Origin: a virus
Lineage: Duplodnaviria > Heunggongvirae > Uroviricota > Caudoviricetes
Direction: 5' to 3' (one strand)
IMG/VR virus record: IMGVR_UViG_2576861193_000002
Length of the DNA: 64,000 nucleotides
A program made the translations under genes and the position numbers. Below are positions 48,082 to 57,696 of the stretch, piece by piece; position 1 is the first letter of the stretch; every line of letters begins with the position of its first letter. The notes below the pieces were generated by a model. It saw nothing but the letters and a program-made list of their open reading frames with translations. It searched no databases and was not told the origin of the DNA.

Positions 48082-48344
48082 ACGCCGTACATCCCATTCA
48101 GTCCGGCGAACAATTTCCGCCAGTGGTCTTCAACATAAGCCAGGAAAGGCTTAACGCGAACATTGCGTGCCTTAAGTTCAATCTTATCGAAGAAGATCGG
48201 CTCTATAATTGTCCCATCAAGGTATCTGACCAGGATCGGGCGCTCAATTTCTATATGTGCTTTGTTAAGCACAACAAGCCCAGGATCACTACGATATGCA
48301 GGCAAAACAACAAGATCGCCAGCTTTTGCATTCCACGGAGTCAT
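48072..48344 (-). CDS. hypothetical protein
   Basis: 90 aa ORF. Confidence 0.4.
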   Translation of the reverse strand: MTPWNAKAGDLVVLPAYRSDPGLVVLNKAHIEIERPILVRYLDGTIIEPIFFDKIELKARNVRVKPFLAYVEDHWRKLFAGLNGMYGVWL

Positions 48345-48581
48345 AACATCACCCCTTTACCAATAAGGCTAATCACCGCAGCCAGTGCGCCACAAAATAC
48401 AACCACAAACAGGAAGCAAATAATGCAAAACGCGACCGTCACAATATCCTTACCGACTTTCATGATTAACCTCACATGTTAGTAATGAGTTTAATGATCG
48501 CTACCGTGATATAAAGCGATACGCTGAGATACAGCACAGCGATAGATAAAGCCGCAAGCAATGCGGCAATTTTTGCAAGGT

Positions 48582-48806
48582 TCATTTGCCACCCTCCGCA
48601 ATGAACTTATTAAGCCACTTGTTGTTAGCCAGGCGTTCGGCATCTTCGCCGAATGATTTGCGGTTAATTAATTCCTGGCGAGTAGGCTGAGGCCACTTAT
48701 CCGTCCACCCGGCAGACGTATCGAACTCATACAGGCCGCCATCAAAAGTAACGTAGTCATCTGCTGTGTCAGGCATTTCTTTATCAACTTCTTTTTCTTC
48801 GATCAT
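48582..48806 (-). CDS. hypothetical protein
   Basis: 74 aa ORF. Confidence 0.4.
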   Translation of the reverse strand: MIEEKEVDKEMPDTADDYVTFDGGLYEFDTSAGWTDKWPQPTRQELINRKSFGEDAERLANNKWLNKFIAEGGK

Positions 48807-48820
48807 GATTTAATACCTCA

Positions 48821-49108
48821 TTAATCGTTAATAACCTGACCCATACGCCCGCGATATTTGCGCATACGTGGATCGACATATTCAGGCCAGTGCATATCCG
48901 GTTTTCTTTGCAGTGGGTAAAAACTTGCCTGCCAGTTGTCTAACCATATTTGTTTTGCGTACAGGTCACTAAATCTTTTCGCCATCCGATCCGCTGCCGT
49001 GCCGCATAAAAAAAGCCCATGATCTATTTGATCACGGGCTTCTTTTAATACTTGCTCTTTTGTTCGTGGTGGCGGTGGCGGTTTTAGATAATAACTCATC
49101 GCTAACAC
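48821..49108 (-). CDS. hypothetical protein
   Basis: 95 aa ORF. Confidence 0.4.
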   Translation of the reverse strand: MLAMSYYLKPPPPPRTKEQVLKEARDQIDHGLFLCGTAADRMAKRFSDLYAKQIWLDNWQASFYPLQRKPDMHWPEYVDPRMRKYRGRMGQVIND

Positions 49109-49115
49109 ATTGATT

Positions 49116-49535
49116 CTAAAAAGGAATATCGTCGTCGAAGTCCATCGGCGGCGGATTATTCCCGTTATTATTCTGCTGCTGCGGCGGCGCTTTCTGCTGC
49201 TGGCCTTGCTGCTGGCCTTGTTGGTTAACGTTCATAAATTCGAATTCGTTAACCGCCACTTCTACCGCCGTCCCCTTCGTGCCATCGTTCCGGTCAAACT
49301 GCCGAACATCCAGGCGACCGCTTACCACTATCTTTCCACCCTTGCGGATATGTGGCGCTAATTTTTCCGCACGCTCACCAAATACCAGACAAGTGATCCA
49401 CATTACCCGTTTATTATCACCGTAGCCATTCGTAACAGCCAACGGAAAACTACCAATCGCTTTCCCGTTTTGCGTGTAGCGAACTTCCATATCATTCCCG
49501 ATATTACCGCCCAGTGTGATTAAATTTAAACTCAT
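49116..49535 (-). CDS. ssb: single-stranded DNA-binding protein
   Basis: 139 aa; OB-fold, Gln/Gly-rich linker, acidic tail DFDDDIPF. Confidence 0.85.
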   Translation of the reverse strand: MSLNLITLGGNIGNDMEVRYTQNGKAIGSFPLAVTNGYGDNKRVMWITCLVFGERAEKLAPHIRKGGKIVVSGRLDVRQFDRNDGTKGTAVEVAVNEFEFMNVNQQGQQQGQQQKAPPQQQNNNGNNPPPMDFDDDIPF

Positions 49536-50176
49536 TAACCCATCTCCCCGTTAAGCTCCGCCTTGCGGATCCCATATACATCTTGCGCTTTCTGCCGTTG
49601 CTCTGAATTTTCAGGTAACAGCTTCCAACATTTACCGAATATTTCCCTTAGTGTTTTTTCGTCCTGAGCTTTCGCTGCCGCATCACAAAAACGTGCTAAC
49701 ACTTCATCAGGATTTGGTGGCGCTTTCTGCTGTTGTGGCTGTTGTTTTGGTGGGTTTTTCTGTTGGCGAGGCTGCTGGCCCGTCTGCTTACTGAAAGCAT
49801 CAGTATCCGCGTCTTTCGCATCATCTATGCAGAATAAGCCATTCAAGGCATATTTCCGCGCGTAACTTGACGTTGCTCCTGTTATTTGTCCCGCCGTCAT
49901 CCCTTTTAGCTCCAGCTCCTCCCTTGCGAATGCAGTTGCTGAAATTGAATCCTCACCGTCACTCACTGTTGCCGTAGCTTTCACGTAATAGCGATCACCG
50001 ATCAAAACAATATCATCACTGACCATCAACGTGATATTTTGAAGCAGTGGCTTAACCGCCTCTAAAATATCCTCCGCTGAGCGATAGCTGTACTTCCCGA
50101 AATTATTGTATTGCCCCTTTGGAGCGTTCAACGTTTGCTGAATCGTCCACAGCTTTTTGTGTAACTCTGTTTTCAC
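49535..50176 (-). CDS. erf: Erf-family ssDNA annealing recombinase
   Basis: 213 aa; LNAPKGQYNNFGKYSYRSAEDILEAVKPLL...IVLIGDRYYVKATAT resembles P22 Erf as recalled. Confidence 0.8.
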   Translation of the reverse strand: MKTELHKKLWTIQQTLNAPKGQYNNFGKYSYRSAEDILEAVKPLLQNITLMVSDDIVLIGDRYYVKATATVSDGEDSISATAFAREELELKGMTAGQITGATSSYARKYALNGLFCIDDAKDADTDAFSKQTGQQPRQQKNPPKQQPQQQKAPPNPDEVLARFCDAAAKAQDEKTLREIFGKCWKLLPENSEQRQKAQDVYGIRKAELNGEMG

Positions 50177-50325
50177 TCTTTGATCTCCTTCGCTGTTAGC
50201 ACTACATACAAGGCTTTATTTGCGGCGCTCCACATTTCGGCATCGTGAAGCATTTCCGCTACCGCAAGTTTGAATTGAAGCGCCTCAATGACCATAATGT
50301 CACCTCCGATTATTTACATTTTGTA

Positions 50326-50616
50326 TTAATGGTAACGGACTTTATCAAGGGGTTTTTCCCCTAACTGGCGTGGTTGCGTTGCGTGGTAGTAGTTGCCGCT
50401 TTCATTTTCCGTATACCATTTTACCGCTCCTTTGCGACGTTCTTTAATGCCATTGGGTTTGCATCTTTCCTCGTTTGCAAAGCGAATGGCTTTATCCACA
50501 TTGTCAGTTTTATTGATTGCAGGTGATGATTTTCTTTCGTTTTCTCTTTTTATTCTTCTGCGTTCCCTGGCATTCAGTTTACTGTCACATTTGCCGTACA
50601 TGATTGTAACCGTCAT
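50326..50616 (-). CDS. N-like transcription antiterminator
   Basis: 96 aa; N-terminal arginine-rich motif KLNARERRRIKRENERK; first gene after PL-like promoter. Confidence 0.5.
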   Translation of the reverse strand: MTVTIMYGKCDSKLNARERRRIKRENERKSSPAINKTDNVDKAIRFANEERCKPNGIKERRKGAVKWYTENESGNYYHATQPRQLGEKPLDKVRYH

Positions 50617-50672
50617 GATCTGATCTCCTTATATCCTTGATGATACTTGATAAAAAATCATCTTCGTTAATT

Positions 50673-50710
50673 GCCGCACTTCCAGCGGCTGACCAGATTT
50701 TTAATGAGCG
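50673..50710 (-). promoter_or_regulatory. candidate nutL (boxA-like CGCTCATTA + boxB-like hairpin)
   Basis: Minus strand: CGCTCATTAAAAAT then GCCGCuggaaguGCGGC stem-loop, between promoter and N-like gene. Confidence 0.35.
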
Positions 50711-50965
50711 GCTTAACATCTTTCAACTAATCCCGCAATCATCGCCGTTTCCGGTGTGACCCTGCTCACTCCAAGCAAGCTGACTCGTCGCCTTGCGTGC
50801 GGTTTCGTGGGGGATGTGACGCTTTAGACACCCCATGCGCCTTGTTATCAGTGCCGCTTTCGGTCCCCCATCGGGGAGTTACTCCACGGTTGACAAGGTG
50901 TTAAGCCTGATTTTTAAAGTACCAGGAAGGTGCTTTTTGTTTCCTGCCTCCTTCCTTTGACTCGA

Positions 50966-50994
50966 AATATACGCCACGTAAAACATCGAGTCAA
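50966..50994 (-). promoter_or_regulatory. PL-like early promoter
   Basis: Minus strand TTGACT-17 bp-TATATT; CCATTTTGTATA motif abuts -35. Confidence 0.45.
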
Positions 50995-51087
50995 TCCATT
51001 TTGTATACTTTTTTAAAATATTTTATATGACATTGATATTTAAACAATAAATAACGTTTTCTGTTTACGTTTTGGTGTTTTCCAGGC

Positions 51088-51112
51088 AAAGAAAAGCCGC
51101 CATCCGGCGGCT
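51088..51112 (-). terminator. terminator after repressor gene
   Basis: GCCGCCatccGGCGGC hairpin + T-run on minus strand, just after cI stop. Confidence 0.45.
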
Positions 51113-51117
51113 AGTGT

Positions 51118-51765
51118 TTATGGCAGGTTTACGATCTTCGCATCCACTACCACGCCTAAGATTTTTGATTCTGGATTCATAGGGATCGGCGGATACAGCG
51201 GATTCAGCGAACGCAAAAGTTTTCTACCTCCATCAATAATCAACTGTTTAAACGTCGGTATCTGCCCTTCCTCCAATTGGGCTATAACCAGTTTTCCGTC
51301 AATAGCTGGCGCGTGCGGATCGACAAGTATCATCGTCCCAGCTGGTATACTCAATCCTTGCGGCGCGTTCATTGATTCGCCTTTAGCTACCAGCCAATAA
51401 CTATCATCTGAACAAATAACGCTAGTAGTAACGTGTGGTAATGTTGATCGCCTTGCATCTTCCATATTGTTTACTACATCCTTCCAGTCAACAACCGGGT
51501 AACTGCCTAAATCACGCGGTGGCGCTCCAGGCAACGTGTTAGAAACAGAATCATCAATGACCATTCCATCATGTGTGACAGTGAACTGCCGACGCCCAAG
51601 CGCCCGCATAATCCGCGCAATGTCTTCAAGATTTGGCTCGCGGCGACCGTTAAGCCAGTGTGACAAGCCGCCTTTTGTGATCCCCATGAGATCTGCCAAT
51701 GAGTCCTGACTCATGCCCTGCGCCCGCATGAGTTGTTTTGCTAAGTCATACCATTTTGTTTTCAT
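51118..51765 (-). CDS. CI-like repressor (HTH + S24 LexA-like autopeptidase)
   Basis: 215 aa; N-terminal HTH; C-terminal S24 domain with GESM and catalytic Lys region. Confidence 0.85.
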   Translation of the reverse strand: MKTKWYDLAKQLMRAQGMSQDSLADLMGITKGGLSHWLNGRREPNLEDIARIMRALGRRQFTVTHDGMVIDDSVSNTLPGAPPRDLGSYPVVDWKDVVNNMEDARRSTLPHVTTSVICSDDSYWLVAKGESMNAPQGLSIPAGTMILVDPHAPAIDGKLVIAQLEEGQIPTFKQLIIDGGRKLLRSLNPLYPPIPMNPESKILGVVVDAKIVNLP

Positions 51766-51834
51766 GTCGCTACCCTATAATCTAAAAAATTTTGATGCAA
51801 GTCACAAAATGTAATTTTCAATCCTTGACCTGTT

Positions 51835-51862
51835 AACGCCATTCTGTAAACTTGCAGACAAG
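51835..51862 (+). promoter_or_regulatory. PR-like promoter divergent from repressor gene
   Basis: TTGACC-16 bp-TAAACT; overlaps GCCATTCTGTAAAC operator-like motif. Confidence 0.3.
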
Positions 51863-51930
51863 GTAAGTCCATAGTTGCAATGATGCAAGGAAAAAGATAA
51901 GGGAAAGCACAAAAGGCACATACCTTAAAA

Positions 51931-51963
51931 GCTCTTTAAAAATCCGGTGTCGCTGCGAAGCGA
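51931..51963 (+). promoter_or_regulatory. candidate nutR (boxA-like + GNRA hairpin)
   Basis: GCTCTTTAAAAAT then UCGCU-GCGA-AGCGA stem-loop; parallels candidate nutL. Confidence 0.3.
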
Positions 51964-52071
51964 AAAACAAATATCACGCAACGGCGGGATCTGTTCAGCG
52001 GTCAGTCACTGCTATCTAATGCTAATTGGATACCCGCCAGCGCGTTCACTCTAACCATAGGAGAAAGAAAC

Positions 52072-52317
52072 ATGTATTACGTTCGCAAGGCTTTTGATAT
52101 TCGCCTGAATAACAATGATCATGTGCAAAAACTCATCTTAATTGCACTGGCAACAAAGGCCGGATGCAACGGCAAAAGCGAAGTAACGCCGGAAGAAATC
52201 GCTGAAATGTGCGAAATTCCGTTACGTGACACTATCTCTGCACTGCATCAACTGAAAAGAAGCGGCCTAATCAGTCAGCTGCCAGGTTTCTTCTGTGTTT
52301 ATAAGTTAATGTTTTAG
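52072..52317 (+). CDS. winged-helix DNA-binding protein (early regulator)
   Basis: 81 aa; AGGAGA RBS; first gene of rightward operon. Confidence 0.5.
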   Translation: MYYVRKAFDIRLNNNDHVQKLILIALATKAGCNGKSEVTPEEIAEMCEIPLRDTISALHQLKRSGLISQLPGFFCVYKLMF

Positions 52318-52323
52318 TTCGTC

Positions 52324-53325
52324 ATGAGGTTAATGCTTATGAGTATGCGGCTAATGGTAGAAGTCTTCCATACTGAGGTCGGCAACCCAATGCACAAACT
52401 GGTGCTGTTAAAGTTGGCTGATAACGCTAACGATAACGGAGAGTGTTACCCTTCTTACCAGCACATAGCGAAGCAATGCGAAATAAACAAAAGCACGGCA
52501 ATGAGAGCAATCGAGGCTCTTTGCAAAAAAGGTTTGTTACTAAAACAGCCTCGATATTTAATCGGAGGGAAAGAACAAACGAGCAATTTCTATGTAATCG
52601 TTTTACCTTCACTGTCAGGTAGTGGCACAAAGCAACCGGGGGTAGTGGCAGAGAGCAACCAGGGTAGTGGCACAAAGCAACCGGGGGTAGTGGCAGAGAG
52701 CAACCCTAATCAGTCATATATAACCAGTAAAGAGAACATTAAAGATATACCCCCTTGTATCCCCCCAGAAGAAAAACATGTCAATCAGGATGGCGTAAAC
52801 GAAGCGGCATTGCGTTGCCTTGCCTTCTACAACGACAAGGCAGGATGCAAATATCGTGATGCAAAACCATTCATCGAACTACTGACAGAAACAAAAACAC
52901 GTAAAGCGTATACGGAGGATGAGATCACATTAGTGATTGAGTGGGCTTTAACTCAATGGCGTAACCGTGGTGGAACACCTAAGCCTATCAACATTTGCAG
53001 GGTAACTAAGTTTGATGGGTATCTTGCTGATGCTGAACAATGGCGCAAGCTGTCAGCCACTGCAAACGCTGCCGACGTAGTGGAAGCATTTAACAGCACG
53101 TTTGATGGCCTGTTGCCACCTACTGAACTGGATCGGGATCTTGAACGAAAGATCTATGCGTTCACTGACTACCTGAAAGACAAAAGCATTAACGGCTTTG
53201 TCGCCTACTTCGAAACGTTCAAAAACACGGCTTCAGATTTTTACTTAGGCAATGGCTTTACTGCGACACTTGATTTCCTGCTTAAACCAAAAACGCTACG
53301 TGATACACGCGCTGGCGCTCTTTGA
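52324..53325 (+). CDS. replication initiator O-like protein
   Basis: 333 aa; N-terminal winged-helix; internal linker encoded by iteron repeats. Confidence 0.6.
   Translation: MRLMLMSMRLMVEVFHTEVGNPMHKLVLLKLADNANDNGECYPSYQHIAKQCEINKSTAMRAIEALCKKGLLLKQPRYLIGGKEQTSNFYVIVLPSLSGSGTKQPGVVAESNQGSGTKQPGVVAESNPNQSYITSKENIKDIPPCIPPEEKHVNQDGVNEAALRCLAFYNDKAGCKYRDAKPFIELLTETKTRKAYTEDEITLVIEWALTQWRNRGGTPKPINICRVTKFDGYLADAEQWRKLSATANAADVVEAFNSTFDGLLPPTELDRDLERKIYAFTDYLKDKSINGFVAYFETFKNTASDFYLGNGFTATLDFLLKPKTLRDTRAGAL
52619..52705. repeat. four ~19-bp iterons inside O-like gene (candidate origin)
   Basis: GTAGTGGCA(CAA/GAG)AGCAACC four times at 22-23 bp spacing; coordinates approximate. Confidence 0.5.
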
Positions 53326-53457
53326 CCAACCACGATCCGAAAAAACCCAAAATAACACGCAAAACAAGCTCGCTAGCGAGATAAATCGCATGTAGTGCTA
53401 CACTTGCATGCCTTTTGCGATTAGCTCGTTAGAGAGCGTTTTAGAGAGGATTTCAAA

Positions 53458-53559
53458 ATGGACGGTAAACGCGTTTTCGCCCTGGCTTTTGCCATCGCCG
53501 CTGCAATAGCTGTTAACGTCGCCTTGTTCGGCGGTTTGTTCCTTCTCGTTAATCCATAA
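53458..53559 (+). CDS. small hydrophobic peptide (33 aa)
   Basis: GAGAGG RBS; MDGKRVFALAFAIAAAIAVNVALFGGLFLLVNP; below ORF cutoff. Confidence 0.25.
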   Translation: MDGKRVFALAFAIAAAIAVNVALFGGLFLLVNP

Positions 53560-53678
53560 CCTACCTACCAGTCTGTAAATCAAAAATTAGCCACCTGAGA
53601 GCGTCTATAACGCAATAAGACACTGCAACCTGTGCAAACTGGTTACGCGGTGGGATTTTTGCGTTGTAGAGCGTTTTA

Positions 53679-55760
53679 TTGATTGTATATATGCAAAAGC
53701 AAATTACTAAATACGAGGTATTAATGATGTCTAGATATTTTGTATCGATAAGAGGAAGTAAATTTTTTGCAAAAATTGATGAAGGAATGGTGTTTATGCG
53801 GAAGCGTAAATATCAAACGTGGGATCGTTGTGGTAAAAAAAGCGAGTTTGTACGCGCGGTGGCCGGTGGCTATTGGAAGGAAATAACAGCGGCGGAAGCT
53901 GGCGATTTTAAGTACGCTGATTGCAGCCAGTGCGCGGAGAACTGGCCTGAATTATTTGATTATCATCCTGATGGGTATCTGATTAGCAAGGTTAAGCGGG
54001 GTACGGGAAAGAGTTTAATTAAACCTGGCGGTATAATTCGCGGAACAGTAAGTTCTCAGGGAAATTTATATATTGGTATAAATGGTCATTATTATCAATT
54101 ATCTCGCGTAGTATATGAAATGTTTAACGGCCCTATTCCTGATGGTTACGTGATAAAGAATGATAATAAGTCATGCACAAAAATAGAAAACCTGAAATTA
54201 ATATCACGGAACGGAAAAATAACAAAGCATAATGTTATTGGTAAAAGCGGAATCAGAGGTGTTTATTGGAATAAGAAAAATAATAAATGGATGGCAAATG
54301 TTAGTTACGATTATTTAGGTTGTTTCGATAATATCAACGACGCAATAAACGCGTGTATCATGGGTGAAATTAAACGTTACGGCAGGCAAATGAACCACTT
54401 CCCTGATTATATCTCACCAGAGGAAGAGGAGCGCATTAAACAGCGTTATTATGAAGGTGACGAAATGAAACAGATCAAAATTAACACTAAACCTCCTGAA
54501 CCTGAATTTAAATACAACACATTCAGGTTTAAAAAGCGCGATATTAGAATCAACGGAAACAATTATATAAGCCTGGTAGATCTATTCCGGGCGATGGGTG
54601 GAAGTAGTAGCGAGCAGTTCAGGCAGCAGATCGACAAATTCGAAGATGTTCCGGTGTTTGATTATTTCCTTAACCGTGGCGAGGACTACGAAGACGAATA
54701 CTTTGCACCTCCGTTAATGGCGCAAATGTTCGTACAGCGGTTGGGCAACGCTTGCGACGGCGTGGAACTGCTTAACACTTACATTGCATATTGCAACGTC
54801 ATGGCGGCAGCAGATGACCAGGCTGATAGCGGGCAGGTGGAAGACCTGAAAGGCCAAGTGAAAGCGGCTTGCGGCAAGATCAAGGAACTGGAACAGGAGA
54901 ACAGGGAAAAACAATCGACTATCGATCAAATCACTCGAGATAAAGCGCAAGCAACGTTGTACGACCTCAATAGCTATTACCGAAAATATATCGACGAGTG
55001 CGCTGAACGCATGAGGGTTGAACATCAACGCGACAACATGGAGGGGCAGATCAGCGAATTGCAGGGACTGCTTAACGTGGCAAGAGAGGATCGCAATAAC
55101 TATCAAGATCGGGCGAACTACTGGAACCATCAATATAACCAGGCAAATAAAGCATTTGGGGAGGAACAGGATAAACGCCAGAAATTAGAAAGAGAAAACG
55201 ACAACCTGGTAAAAACTAATTGCGAACTACGCCAAAAACTCAACGCTGCAAATGACGAAGACGCAAAAGCGAAAGCTGCGGCAGACAAACAAACAATCAA
55301 CGACCTTCGCGCAGATCTGGAGGAAGCAAAAGAAACAATCAATGCGCAACAACAGGAGGCACGCAACAAGGCTCTGGCTATCAAGGGATATCAGCTTAAA
55401 GTGGCAGAACTTGAGGACGATAAACGGGAACTGCAAAACAATCTGAATATCTTGCAAACTGGTCATAATATCCTGCTGGATCGCTACAACAAGCTAACTG
55501 CTCGCAACATGCGCCGCCGCGCAGCACAAAAACGGTATATGGGTGATCTGCACAATAACCACGTAACTGATACGCTTGAGTGGATGCAGGCAATAAAAGG
55601 TGCTGGCGACTATTACAAACAACGCCAACAGCGCAACCAGGAGCGTTATCGTAAGCTGATAATGGCATTGCAAGACAAAGTAAAAGAATTGCTGTACCGC
55701 CTCGATAAAAAGCCAGAAGGCGGATTCTTTAGCAAGGTTAAAGGTTTATTTAACCATTGA
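53679..55760 (+). CDS. multidomain protein: degenerate HNH-AP2 module + KilA-N/Bro-N-like domain + ~300-aa coiled coil
   Basis: 693 aa; AP2-like SGIRGVYWNKKNNKWMANVSY; HNH His positions replaced; FRFKKRDIRINGNNYISLVDLFRAMGG; heptad-rich C-terminus; start uncertain. Confidence 0.55.
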   Translation: MIVYMQKQITKYEVLMMSRYFVSIRGSKFFAKIDEGMVFMRKRKYQTWDRCGKKSEFVRAVAGGYWKEITAAEAGDFKYADCSQCAENWPELFDYHPDGYLISKVKRGTGKSLIKPGGIIRGTVSSQGNLYIGINGHYYQLSRVVYEMFNGPIPDGYVIKNDNKSCTKIENLKLISRNGKITKHNVIGKSGIRGVYWNKKNNKWMANVSYDYLGCFDNINDAINACIMGEIKRYGRQMNHFPDYISPEEEERIKQRYYEGDEMKQIKINTKPPEPEFKYNTFRFKKRDIRINGNNYISLVDLFRAMGGSSSEQFRQQIDKFEDVPVFDYFLNRGEDYEDEYFAPPLMAQMFVQRLGNACDGVELLNTYIAYCNVMAAADDQADSGQVEDLKGQVKAACGKIKELEQENREKQSTIDQITRDKAQATLYDLNSYYRKYIDECAERMRVEHQRDNMEGQISELQGLLNVAREDRNNYQDRANYWNHQYNQANKAFGEEQDKRQKLERENDNLVKTNCELRQKLNAANDEDAKAKAAADKQTINDLRADLEEAKETINAQQQEARNKALAIKGYQLKVAELEDDKRELQNNLNILQTGHNILLDRYNKLTARNMRRRAAQKRYMGDLHNNHVTDTLEWMQAIKGAGDYYKQRQQRNQERYRKLIMALQDKVKELLYRLDKKPEGGFFSKVKGLFNH

Positions 55761-55841
55761 AGCCGTATAACCACGCAATTTATGTCGTCGTGGCGTCAAT
55801 TTCCTGAATGAATATACATTCAGTAAACCGGAGAATATACA

Positions 55842-56525
55842 ATGAGTGACTTAATGGTTTTTGATGCTGTTAAGATGAATAGTCTTGAAATTGCAGAATT
55901 AACGGGAAGTGATCACAAGGATATTAAACGGAGTATTTACAGACTGATTAAGAAGGGAATAATTCAAAATTCGCCAATGGCGAAAGTTGAGAATAAACAA
56001 TCACTTAGCCCTAATAGATTTTCTGATGTTTACGTCTTTGAGGGCGAGCAAGGAAAACGAGATAGTATCATTGTCGTTGCTCAAAACTGCCCTGAATTTA
56101 CGGCGCGGCTTGTTGATCGCTGGCAGGAACTTGAAAAACGGGTACAGCAAAACTCTCCTGCAATTCCTCAAACATTAAGCGAAGCGTTGCGCCTTGCTGC
56201 CGATCTTGCTGAGGAAAAGGAACGGCTTGCGCTGGTTAATAAGGAACTTGCGCCAAAAGCGGCTGTATGTGACGCGATAGTCAAAAACGATATGCACCGC
56301 ACGGCTTCAGAGGTAGCTAAACCGCTGGGAATGTCAGCCGTAAAATTAAACAGAAAACTTTCGGCTGTTGGTGTTTACGATCTTCGCTGTCGCCGCCGTG
56401 TATTCAGTCAGTGGTTTATTGATGAGGGGTACGGTGAAATGAGGGTAACTCACGATGGATATGAGCAGGCTGTATTCACTGCTAAAGGACAAGTATGGAT
56501 CACTGAGCTTTTAACTTGTAACTAA
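55842..56525 (+). CDS. antirepressor-like protein (Rha/Ant N-terminal + KilAC-like C-terminal)
   Basis: 227 aa; domain architecture typical of phage antirepressors. Confidence 0.6.
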   Translation: MSDLMVFDAVKMNSLEIAELTGSDHKDIKRSIYRLIKKGIIQNSPMAKVENKQSLSPNRFSDVYVFEGEQGKRDSIIVVAQNCPEFTARLVDRWQELEKRVQQNSPAIPQTLSEALRLAADLAEEKERLALVNKELAPKAAVCDAIVKNDMHRTASEVAKPLGMSAVKLNRKLSAVGVYDLRCRRRVFSQWFIDEGYGEMRVTHDGYEQAVFTAKGQVWITELLTCN

Positions 56526-56559
56526 GTATACAATTTGTTATTCGCGAGGAAATGACACT

Positions 56560-57678
56560 ATGTCACAAAGAAAGATCAGCGATGAACAGCTAATCGCTGA
56601 ATATAACAACGGTTTAACGTACAAGCAGATCGCTGAAAAATATGGCATGTCAAAACGCAACGTCGAACGCCTGGGCGCAAAACTGGCGAAACGCGGTTTA
56701 TTATCAACGCGCCGCGCTCCTGGTTTTGGTGTCAATGGCGAGTCGTTGCTAGTCGATAAGAACGGCAATGTGATCATGCGTTGGATTAAAACAGCCCGTG
56801 ACCGCGACGAAATGGAACAGTTAATGGAAGCGGCCCGCGACGCTTTCACGGATGAAATACCACGCGCGGAGGCTGTGCCAGTGCCTGAAATTGATTTTCA
56901 AAAAAGCCTGGCCCTTTATCCGGTGTTTGATCTGCATATCGGGGCTCTTGCCCATAAAGCTGAATGCGGTGAGAGCTACGACACTGGGATCGCTGAACGC
57001 GTGCTAAATAACTTCTTTGATTATGCTGTTGGCGCTGCTCCTATGAGTGAAAAAGCAGTCTTACTTCTCGGTGGCGACCTGCTTCACACTGACGGATTGT
57101 TACCAGTGACGCCATCAAGCAATCACGTTCTTGATTGCGATTCGCGCTACGCAAAACTTGTTTATGTGGCGATCCGGTCTGTCCGGCGGGCGGTCGGAAA
57201 GATGTTGCTAAATCATAAGGATGTGGAAATCCAGGTGTTATCAGGGAATCATGACCAGTCTGGTATGATTTGGCTACGTGCGGCGCTGGCGGCTTTTTAC
57301 GAAGATGAACCGCGCGTGACGGTTGATGTGTCACCTGCTATTGTCCACCACACACAGTACGGCAAAACATTCCTTGCTTACCACCACGGGCACACTATCA
57401 AAAAGCCGGAAAATTTATTGTCTGCTTGCGTCTCTGACTGGCGGGAAGACTTTGGCAAGTCTGCTGCGGTTTACGCTCATTGCGGGCACTGGCACCATCA
57501 ACGGCTAATCGAATCATCGTTAGGCGTTGTTGAGTATCACGGCACGTTAGCGGGTAAAGACGCTTACTCAACTAATGGCGGCTGGCGGTCGCGGCGTCTG
57601 GCAGCGGTTATTATTTACAGCCAGGATCATGGGGAGATCGGGCGCTTTGTTTATTACCCTGAATTTTCCATTTTGTAA
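56560..57678 (+). CDS. calcineurin-like metallophosphoesterase with N-terminal HTH
   Basis: 372 aa; FDLHIG, GGDLLHTD, GNHD, GHWHH motifs; N-terminal LTYKQIAEKYGMSKRNVERL. Confidence 0.55.
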   Translation: MSQRKISDEQLIAEYNNGLTYKQIAEKYGMSKRNVERLGAKLAKRGLLSTRRAPGFGVNGESLLVDKNGNVIMRWIKTARDRDEMEQLMEAARDAFTDEIPRAEAVPVPEIDFQKSLALYPVFDLHIGALAHKAECGESYDTGIAERVLNNFFDYAVGAAPMSEKAVLLLGGDLLHTDGLLPVTPSSNHVLDCDSRYAKLVYVAIRSVRRAVGKMLLNHKDVEIQVLSGNHDQSGMIWLRAALAAFYEDEPRVTVDVSPAIVHHTQYGKTFLAYHHGHTIKKPENLLSACVSDWREDFGKSAAVYAHCGHWHHQRLIESSLGVVEYHGTLAGKDAYSTNGGWRSRRLAAVIIYSQDHGEIGRFVYYPEFSIL

Positions 57679-57696
57679 ACATGAGGTAATGACATA

